Assembly (NCBI GenBank): GCA_965263035.1
Contig: OZ253580.1
Location: forward strand, 2,976,001 to 3,040,000
Reading direction: 5' to 3'
Length of the DNA: 64,000 bases
DNA from: Acidobacteriota bacterium
Lineage (GTDB): Bacteria; Acidobacteriota; UBA6911; RPQK01; JAJDTT01
This document shows positions 8,043 to 15,256 of this stretch, one piece after another. Below the pieces are notes generated by a model. The model searched no databases, was not told the origin of the DNA, and saw only the letters and a list, made by a program, of their open reading frames with translations. A program made the position numbers and the translations under genes. How positions within the stretch are numbered: the stretch's first letter is position 1; every line of letters starts with the position of its first letter.

Positions 8043-8828
8043 ATGGCACAAGCAGTTGCGACTCTATGGCGCCGGGAGGTCATTCGCTTCTACCGCCAGC
8101 GAGGCCGTCTGGTCGGCGCCCTGGGCACTCCTCTGGTCTTCTGGATCCTCATCGGTTCGGGAGTCGGCGAATCCTTCCGTCCGGCGGCGGCGCCCGATGA
8201 CCTCCACTACCTGGTCTATTTCTATCCCGGGACCATTCTCCTGATGCTTCTTTTCACCGCCATCTTCTCCACCATCTCCCTGATCGAAGATCGCCGGGAA
8301 GGGTTTCTGCTCTCGGTGCTGGTGTCGCCCGTCTCCCGGGCCGGAGTGGTGTTGGGGAAGATCCTGGGGGGAGCGACCCTGGCTTTCCTGCAGGGTCTCG
8401 TCTTTCTGCTCCTGGCTCCTCTGGCGGGTATTTCCCTCGGCCTCGTTCAGATCTTGTGGATGATGGGCATCATGGCCTTGATTGCCCTCTCCCTGACCGG
8501 CCTGGGATTCATCATCGCCTGGCAGAGCGAGTCGACTCAAGGCTTTCACGCCGTCATGAACCTGATGCTGGTTCCCATGTGGATCCTCTCAGGCGCCCTC
8601 TTCCCCTTTTCGGGGGCCTCCTCCTGGGTTCAGCTTCTGATGCGGATCAATCCCCTGAGTTACGAGGTGTCGTTGCTCTGGCATGCTCTCCACTCGGAGG
8701 TGCCCGCCATGGGGATCCGCCTGCCCTCATTCGCCGTATCCCTGGTGGTGACCCTGCTCTTCGTTCTGGTGGTATTCGGCGTCTCCCTGTGGCTGGTCCG
8801 CCGACCCGGGCTGCGGGGCCTGTCCTGA
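8043..8828 (+). CDS. ABC-2 type transporter permease
   Basis: Six TM segments, IEDRREGFL...VSPVSR...GKILGG, LSGALFP, INPLSY. Confidence 0.93.
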   Translation: MAQAVATLWRREVIRFYRQRGRLVGALGTPLVFWILIGSGVGESFRPAAAPDDLHYLVYFYPGTILLMLLFTAIFSTISLIEDRREGFLLSVLVSPVSRAGVVLGKILGGATLAFLQGLVFLLLAPLAGISLGLVQILWMMGIMALIALSLTGLGFIIAWQSESTQGFHAVMNLMLVPMWILSGALFPFSGASSWVQLLMRINPLSYEVSLLWHALHSEVPAMGIRLPSFAVSLVVTLLFVLVVFGVSLWLVRRPGLRGLS

Positions 8829-9250
8829 TGGACTTTTCGGACCTGCCGGCTCTCAACGCCGGCCTCAATGCCCTCAGCGGCTCTTTGCTGGGGATCGGGT
8901 ACTTGCTGATTCGCCGGGGCCGGGTGGGGGCACACAAGGTCTTCATGGTGGCTGCGGTGGCCGTTTCGACCCTGTTTCTGGTTTCCTACGTCGTCTACCA
9001 CTATCACGCCGGGTCCACGCCGTTTCCCGGGACGGGCTGGATTCGCACCCTGTACCTGTTGATTCTGGTGACCCACGCCACCCTGGCGGCGGCAGTGGTT
9101 CCCCTGGCGGCCGTCACGCTGGCCCGGGCGTGGCGGGAGGATTTTGGATCTCACCGGCGCATCGCACGCTGGACGCTGCCCATCTGGTTCTACGTCTCCG
9201 TCACCGGCGTGATCATCTACGTCATGCTCTATCAGCTCTATGCCCAATAA
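8828..9250 (+). CDS. DUF420 family membrane protein
   Basis: LPALNAGLN...HKVFM...FLVSYVVYH...HRRIARWTLPIWFYVSVTGVIIY; TGATG coupling with upstream gene. Confidence 0.92.
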   Translation: MDFSDLPALNAGLNALSGSLLGIGYLLIRRGRVGAHKVFMVAAVAVSTLFLVSYVVYHYHAGSTPFPGTGWIRTLYLLILVTHATLAAAVVPLAAVTLARAWREDFGSHRRIARWTLPIWFYVSVTGVIIYVMLYQLYAQ

Positions 9251-10112
9251 GGGATCCGGTGCTCGCAAAGTTTCCCTGAAGACCCAGCTTCTCGTGTTCG
9301 GCTCCCTGTTGGCGTTCGTCCTGGTTCCGGGAATGTTCTGGCACGATGTCTGGTTCGGGCGCGCCTTGGACGACGCCGAGCTGGAGGAATACCTCAACGA
9401 CGAAACCAGTCCCAGGCGAATGCAACAAGGGTTGGCCCAATTGGGAGAAAGGATTCGCGGAGGGGACCCGGAAGCCCGGCGCTGGTTCCCGAGAGTGATG
9501 GAGCTGGCGGGGCATGACCATCCGGAGATCAGGAACCTCTCCGCCTGGCTCATGGGACAGGACGCCTCAGCGGAGGCCTTCCAGCCGCGGCTGGCGGGGC
9601 TTCTGATGGACTCCAATCCCCTGGTCCGCCGGAACGCCGCCCTTTCCCTGGTCCGTTTCGGCGACGCACGGGGACGGCCCGAGTTGCGATCCATGCTCCT
9701 GCCCTGGGTGGTGAAGAGTCCTCAGGCGGGACGGCTCCGGCTGCTGGTCGAGCCGGACGACGAGGTCCGAAGCGGTTCCCCGGTGGCGGAGATCGAACAG
9801 GGGGAGGTGTCCGTGGCGGTCCAGGTCCCCGTTTCCGGGAAGGCGGCGAATCTGGCCGAGGACGGACAGAGGGTCGATGCGGGCGCCGAATTGATGGTGG
9901 TGTTGCCGGATCCGGTGCATCTCTGGGAGGCGCTCCGGGCCCTCTATCTGGTTGGAACGGAGGAGGACCTGGAGTTGATCGAACCCTATCTGGGCTCGGA
10001 CGAGGCCAACGAAAGCATTCGCCGCCAGGCGCACCTGACTCGTGAAGCCATCCTCAAAATAGAAAACCAGCGCGAAGAGAAGATTTCAGGAAACGGGGCG
10101 GCATCTCAGTAA
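9240..10112 (+). CDS. Membrane-anchored HEAT-repeat protein with biotinyl/lipoyl-like insert
   Basis: TM then WHDVWFGRAL; HEAT units (PEIRNLSAWLMG, PLVRRNAALSL); VKSPQAG...VQVPVSG lipoyl-fold segment. Confidence 0.8.
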   Translation: MPNKGSGARKVSLKTQLLVFGSLLAFVLVPGMFWHDVWFGRALDDAELEEYLNDETSPRRMQQGLAQLGERIRGGDPEARRWFPRVMELAGHDHPEIRNLSAWLMGQDASAEAFQPRLAGLLMDSNPLVRRNAALSLVRFGDARGRPELRSMLLPWVVKSPQAGRLRLLVEPDDEVRSGSPVAEIEQGEVSVAVQVPVSGKAANLAEDGQRVDAGAELMVVLPDPVHLWEALRALYLVGTEEDLELIEPYLGSDEANESIRRQAHLTREAILKIENQREEKISGNGAASQ

Positions 10113-10447
10113 GGCAGCGACCCGTGGCTGCCTTCGTAGCCCTTGATCGCCACCATGTCGATGGCGTCCCAGGGACATCCGTCCAGGAAGGTCCCCTCGG
10201 GGCCCTTGCTGGTGCAGAGCTTGCAGCCGATGCAGAGGAGAGGATCGACCTCGATCCGGCCGAAGGGCGGATGCTCGTCGTCCGGGATCCAGATCATGCA
10301 GTTCTCAATGGGGCAGTAATCCACGCAGGCAGGAGAGCCGGAGCAGCCGGTGCAGCAGTCGTTGATAATGGCAACCAGAGCCGGCTTCCGCTTCCGTTTG
10401 CCGTTCCGCTTGATGGTGCTGCGGTCTTTCAGAACGTCGACTTGCAT
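10106..10447 (-). CDS. 4Fe-4S dicluster ferredoxin
   Basis: CTGCSGSPACVDYCP and CIGCKLC...GCPWDAI. Confidence 0.9.
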   Translation of the reverse strand: MQVDVLKDRSTIKRNGKRKRKPALVAIINDCCTGCSGSPACVDYCPIENCMIWIPDDEHPPFGRIEVDPLLCIGCKLCTSKGPEGTFLDGCPWDAIDMVAIKGYEGSHGSLPY

Positions 10448-10462
10448 CCCAGAATCATTATC

Positions 10463-10927
10463 TCATTTGGCCCGGCGGCGTTTCAATGGCCGACGGCGTT
10501 TCAACGGCCGGCGGCGTTTCACCTTGGGCCTGGGCTTGGGAGGAGGCGCAACGTCCGGACCGAACCAGGAGACCTCGTAGTCGGGGAATTCTGCCTTGAA
10601 AGCCTGGGCCAGGGATTCCCGGTCCGGATCCGCGCCATACGCCCCATTGGCGCCAAACAGAGTGAGAGTGCCGTAGTAGGGATTGCGGGCCACGGACCCT
10701 CCGCCCTGGACCGTGAACTCTCCTCCCGCCTCCAGGAAACCCGCGTCCTCCAGATCCTGCCTGGTCCAGCGGATCAGGGCCTCTTCGCTGTCCACGCCGG
10801 AACTGATGTAGTTGGAGCCGCGAGCGATCCTCTTGGCCGCCCCCTCCAACTGCAGCGAGAAGACGAGATACTGGAAGACGACACCGTCGCCCAGCAATTC
10901 GATGTCCCGGATCTCCTCCAGCGCCAT
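10463..10927 (-). CDS. Janus/Ocnus (PHPT1-like) fold protein with basic repetitive C-terminal tail
   Basis: Collinear motifs vs recalled human PHPT1: DGVVFQY~DGVFKY, KRIARG~KEIVRG, GGGSV~GGGRI, FGANGAYG~YGYSMAYG, KAEFPDYEVSW~KAKYPDYEVTW. Confidence 0.75.
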   Translation of the reverse strand: MALEEIRDIELLGDGVVFQYLVFSLQLEGAAKRIARGSNYISSGVDSEEALIRWTRQDLEDAGFLEAGGEFTVQGGGSVARNPYYGTLTLFGANGAYGADPDRESLAQAFKAEFPDYEVSWFGPDVAPPPKPRPKVKRRRPLKRRRPLKRRRAK

Positions 10928-10938
10928 CCCCAATAGTC

Positions 10939-11094
10939 CTAAATGGCGAGCATCGCGATCGCCATGCCGGCCAGGAGCAACAGGACGCCACCCCGGTGTG
11001 CGAGGGTGGCGAGGCGACCGGTTCCGCTCGACCAGCCCACCACGGTCAGGATCAACGTGCCCGCCGACAAGAGTCCCAAACTCAACCAGATCAC
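10939..11094 (-). CDS. Small two-TM membrane protein
   Basis: Two hydrophobic helices; GTG 11094 with GGAG upstream preferred over TTG 11124, which lies too close to the -10 box. Confidence 0.6.
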   Translation of the reverse strand: MIWLSLGLLSAGTLILTVVGWSSGTGRLATLAHRGGVLLLLAGMAIAMLAI

Positions 11095-11126
11095 TTCGGT
11101 CTTTCTCCCGCTCTGTCCGTCCAATT

Positions 11127-11155
11127 GATATAGAGCTTTCCGCCTAAATTGTCAA
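11127..11155 (-). promoter_or_regulatory. Sigma70-type promoter
   Basis: Minus strand TTGACA-17 nt-TATATC. Confidence 0.75.
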
Positions 11156-11224
11156 AAAAAGCTCCCGTTTAGGACGCCCCCCCGTGGCGGCGCGGGGCCG
11201 GTACCGGAGAAACACCGGAGCGGC

Positions 11225-11473
11225 CTAGACGGCCTGCTTGGCCCGGGGCCTCCGGCGAACGGCGCGGGCATGAACCTTGCTCCGTCCCGAGAGTTTCGGT
11301 TGAACGACATTGGTGTCCTGCTGATATTGGGTCTTCATCGCCGCGTAGATCTGATTCCAGCAGGTGGAGCAGGTGTCCAGGTGCATGAGAAATTCCAGCT
11401 TGTCATCCAGGTCAAGGGTGTCACCCAGGAAGCCTGAGATCCGCTTCCGGTCGCACCCGTCGAAGGTGATCAT
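11225..11473 (-). CDS. Stand-alone zf-HC2/ZAS-type zinc-finger small protein
   Basis: C...GFLGDTL...FLMHLDTCSTCW (HxxxCxxC); AGGAG RBS. Confidence 0.75.
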   Translation of the reverse strand: MITFDGCDRKRISGFLGDTLDLDDKLEFLMHLDTCSTCWNQIYAAMKTQYQQDTNVVQPKLSGRSKVHARAVRRRPRAKQAV

Positions 11474-11642
11474 GATCGTCTCCTAGTTTTGTTGGTGAAA
11501 TTCAGCCGAGAATCGACGTGTGTTCTGAGGTTCAACAACAGAGACGGCACTCGGACCGAAACGGTTTCAAACATTTCGACTCCGGACCCCGGCGCCGGGG
11601 CAAATTGCAACCCGAAAACGCGGTCTGATATCGTGAGCGGCC

Positions 11643-12203
11643 ATGATCAATGCCACACAGATCCGAAAGGGAATGATCATCATCCATCAGAACGAGCCCC
11701 ACCGGGTCCGAGAGTCCCAGCACCGGGCACCTGGCAAGGGCGCTGCCTTCGTTCGGGTCCTGCTGAAGAATCTGCGGACCGGAGCGTCCTACGAGCACCG
11801 TTACGCCTCGGGAGACGCTGTGAACCGGGCGACTCTGGATCATCGAGAGATGGAGTTCCTGTACCGGGACGGGAATGTCTGCCATTTCATGGACACTGAG
11901 AACTACGAGCAGATCGGATTGGACCGCGAAGCGTTGGCCGAAAGCTGGGACTATCTCAAGGAAGGACAGACCATCACGGTGGAATTCTTCGACGGCAACC
12001 CCATCGGGGCGAAGCTTCCCGCCACCGTCGAGTTGAAGGTGGTGGAAACGGAAGCCGAGTTGAAGGGAGCCACCGCCAGCAACTCGCCGAAGCCGGCCAG
12101 GCTGGAGACCGGCGTCACGGTCCAGGTGCCGCCATTCATCCGGGAGGGAGAGTTGATCCGCGTCGACCCCTCCCAAGGCCGCTACATCGAACGCGCCCGC
12201 TGA
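11643..12203 (+). CDS. efp: Elongation factor P
   Basis: HRAPGKGAAFVR, FMDTENYEQ, KPARLETG...VPPFIREGE..VD. Confidence 0.97.
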   Translation: MINATQIRKGMIIIHQNEPHRVRESQHRAPGKGAAFVRVLLKNLRTGASYEHRYASGDAVNRATLDHREMEFLYRDGNVCHFMDTENYEQIGLDREALAESWDYLKEGQTITVEFFDGNPIGAKLPATVELKVVETEAELKGATASNSPKPARLETGVTVQVPPFIREGELIRVDPSQGRYIERAR

Positions 12204-12337
12204 TTGGAGGGGCGACTGGGACGGGTGGCTTTCTTGCCGCCCATTCCTCGACTTGCCTTGTGTCCACCCCGGAGGTCGGCGACAAGAAAGTCGGTGCTCC
12301 CGCATCCCGGGTCAGTCCCCCAGAGTAAATTGAACCC

Positions 12338-15256
12338 GTGGGAGAGGTTGTCATCCGTCATGGTCCCGCCGCGGCCGACCGGTCGCGGCGGCTGCTTGAG
12401 GAGCGGCTTCGGGAGTCCCATGGCCGGGCGCCCGAGTTCCTCTATGTCACCGCCTCCCGCTGGCGCAAGCACCAGTTGGCGCGGACGTTTCTGAAGGCGA
12501 ACCCCCGCACCTTCGAAATCCCGATCCTCACGTTTCAGGACCTGATCGGCGCCCTCTTCCGGGAGCTCGGATCCGGCCGGAGAGTGGTCTCGGAGACCGG
12601 CAGGAGATGTCTGCTGGAGGCGGTCCTGGAGGCGCAGCTCCAGGCGCCCGGCGGGAACGGCGAAGAGCAACCGGTGTCCCTTTTCGAGGCCGAGGCGTGG
12701 GTGTCGATGCTCAAGGGCCGGGGCCTGACCAGCGAACCTCTGATTCGTCTTTATCTCCAGCGGGAGGACCGTGACCAGGAGGAAGCGAGCCGGCTGATCC
12801 GGATCTTCCTTGCCTACCAGGAAAAGCTGGAGGTGCAAGGTTGGGAAGACGCGGCGGGAGTTCGCATTCGTCTCTATGAGGCTCTATTGACCGGTTCCGT
12901 GGACTGCCGCAAACGTTTTCCCGGGCTCGGAGAGATCCTCTTCGAGGGGCTCATCGCCCGAACGCCGGTGGAGAGGGGACTCGTGCGCCTGCTGGCGGAT
13001 CAGGTCGAGGAGGCCGTTTTCTCGTTGGATCTGGAGTCGCCCGACGAAGAAACGCGCCCGTTCACGCTTCCGGTGTCCTCAGTAAGAGAATGCTGGGAGG
13101 GAACGAACCCCACCTGGTGTTTCCAAGCGGCGGCGGCGGCGCCCGCTCAAGTCCGCTTTTCCCGGCCGCCGCACCGTGAAGCCGAGATCCGGATGGTGGC
13201 CCAGGAAATTCAGGAGCTCAAGACTCGGGAGCCTCTACTCCGGTGGTCCCAGGTGGGTGTCGTCTGCCCCCGCGACGAGAGCTACCTGCTGCTCTTGAGG
13301 GAGGTCTTCTCCCGGCTGCACATCTCCTGGTTGAACCTGCATGGAGACTCCGTCCGGTCGACGAACGCCTTCAGAGTTCTGATCGGGTACGTCGAGCTGT
13401 TGTGGCGCGACTTCCGGCGGGACGACCTGTTCGACTTCCTCTCCTCGCCCTGGATCGATCCGGATGGTATCTCATCGGATCGGGTTCGGCTCCTGGAGCA
13501 GCTGGCCTGTCATGGAGGCTTCAGGGGCGGCGGAGAATCGTGGACCCAATCGTTCCCGGGATGGATCGAGCAAAAGCGGGCCGAGTCTCCCGAAGAACCG
13601 GGTTCGGTCCCGGAGGGCTGCGCAGAGGTTTTTCGGGATTTGATCCGGAAGCTCCAAGCCGATTCGGCGCGGCTCCGGAAGGCCGGGGAGTGGGTCTCCC
13701 TGTTGGCCGGCCGGTTGGGCCCGCTCCTTCGGGCGCCGGCCGGGCCGGGAAACTGGGGGCGGTCCGAGGGCCAGGCGCTGGCCCGGATCCAAGGGAGTCT
13801 CCAGGAGGCCGCCCTGCTCTGGGGAGATTGCCCTATCAGTCTCGCGCGCTTCCGCTCCTTGCTCCACCGGCAGATTTCCCGGATCCGAATTTCTCCCTCG
13901 CTGGACCGGGAAGCCGTCGTGGTTGGTGGCGCCCATCACTTGCAGGAGTGCGAGTTCCGGCATCTCTTCTGGCTCGATTTCTCAGAGGGGCGGATTCCTT
14001 CCCGGAGGAAGATGCCGGTTTCCGGAACCGGATCCCGGATGGCGGAGGAACTCTCGATTTTTCACGGAATCCGCTGCCGGAGTCGAGAAGCGGTGTTGCT
14101 GTCCTCGCCCCGGCACGCCGGCAACGGTCCGGTGTTGCCCAGCCATGTTCTGGAATACATGGACCACCGGGAAGAGGTCTGGCCCCACGTGGACGCACGG
14201 CTGGGGCCGGCGCAGGATTCGGCGAGAGACGAGCACGTCCGCCGGGGAGTCCGGGCGCTGTCCCTGAGGCGGTCGGGTCACCCCAGCGCCTTTGCCGGAA
14301 TCGTCACCCGACCCGAAGTCCTGGAGCGGATGCGCCGGCGCCACCATCCGGCCGGCGTGGATCTCTCTCCGACTCGATTGGAGGAGTATGGACGGTGTGG
14401 ATTCCGGTACTTCGTCCGTAGGATGCTCGGGGCCAAACCGCCGTCTCCGGCGGATACGGAACTGCTGCGGGAACAGCACCGGCTGGTTCGCAGGATGCTG
14501 TCCCGCTATTGTCAGGACGCCGCCGCGAGCCGCCCCCCGGATCTCGAAGACGGACGCCGTCGGATGGCGGGCATCGGCCGGGAAGAGCTGGAGCAACTGA
14601 GACAGACTTTGCCTGCAGTCGGCGGGCTGGTCTGGGAGCAGTTGCAAACTTGGCTCATGGATGGACTGGAAGACTCGAACCCGCCGGGGTTGCTGATGCG
14701 TTTCCTGGAGGAGGACCGGAAGCGGGAAGCCGACTCGGAGGTCCATGCCGTGGAGACCTCCCTGGGGCCCCTGGTTCTGGGCCGTCTTCCGCACGGCACC
14801 AGATCGGGTGACGGGCAGGCGCCGCCGGTTCGCCTGAAGGGTCTTCTGGACCGGATCGACCGGACTCCCGACGGTTTTCAGCTGGTGTCCTACGTGGCGG
14901 GACACCGGAATCGTCTGCGCCGGATCAAGGACGGCTGGGGTTTTCGCCTCCCGTTGTCCCTGCTTTTGGTGCAGTCCTTCGTGGGCAAGGCGGCGTCGGG
15001 AGGCTTCTACCATGTCGGTCTGCCCGGGTACCTGCAGTGGCGGCCATTGCGGAAACCGGGGAGCAGAGGGTCGGAGGCGAACCTGGAACAACTGATGGAT
15101 CGCTATCGGGAGGAGGCATTGCTGGCCGCCCGAAGGATTTATTCCGGAACCTTTCCCGTGACCACGCACAAGCCCGCGGCGGCCGGTTGCGCCCGCTGCG
15201 GCTACAGTCGAGTCTGCCGGCGGGAGGAGGCACAGGCCGGAGGGACGTACGTATGA
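12338..15256 (+). CDS. AddB/RexB-like recombination subunit with PD-(D/E)XK-type C-terminal domain
   Basis: Degenerate helicase-like body, LSPTRLEEYGRCGFRYF, GLLDRID, C-terminal CARCGYSRVC; directly upstream of AddA-like gene. Confidence 0.8.
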   Translation: MGEVVIRHGPAAADRSRRLLEERLRESHGRAPEFLYVTASRWRKHQLARTFLKANPRTFEIPILTFQDLIGALFRELGSGRRVVSETGRRCLLEAVLEAQLQAPGGNGEEQPVSLFEAEAWVSMLKGRGLTSEPLIRLYLQREDRDQEEASRLIRIFLAYQEKLEVQGWEDAAGVRIRLYEALLTGSVDCRKRFPGLGEILFEGLIARTPVERGLVRLLADQVEEAVFSLDLESPDEETRPFTLPVSSVRECWEGTNPTWCFQAAAAAPAQVRFSRPPHREAEIRMVAQEIQELKTREPLLRWSQVGVVCPRDESYLLLLREVFSRLHISWLNLHGDSVRSTNAFRVLIGYVELLWRDFRRDDLFDFLSSPWIDPDGISSDRVRLLEQLACHGGFRGGGESWTQSFPGWIEQKRAESPEEPGSVPEGCAEVFRDLIRKLQADSARLRKAGEWVSLLAGRLGPLLRAPAGPGNWGRSEGQALARIQGSLQEAALLWGDCPISLARFRSLLHRQISRIRISPSLDREAVVVGGAHHLQECEFRHLFWLDFSEGRIPSRRKMPVSGTGSRMAEELSIFHGIRCRSREAVLLSSPRHAGNGPVLPSHVLEYMDHREEVWPHVDARLGPAQDSARDEHVRRGVRALSLRRSGHPSAFAGIVTRPEVLERMRRRHHPAGVDLSPTRLEEYGRCGFRYFVRRMLGAKPPSPADTELLREQHRLVRRMLSRYCQDAAASRPPDLEDGRRRMAGIGREELEQLRQTLPAVGGLVWEQLQTWLMDGLEDSNPPGLLMRFLEEDRKREADSEVHAVETSLGPLVLGRLPHGTRSGDGQAPPVRLKGLLDRIDRTPDGFQLVSYVAGHRNRLRRIKDGWGFRLPLSLLLVQSFVGKAASGGFYHVGLPGYLQWRPLRKPGSRGSEANLEQLMDRYREEALLAARRIYSGTFPVTTHKPAAAGCARCGYSRVCRREEAQAGGTYV

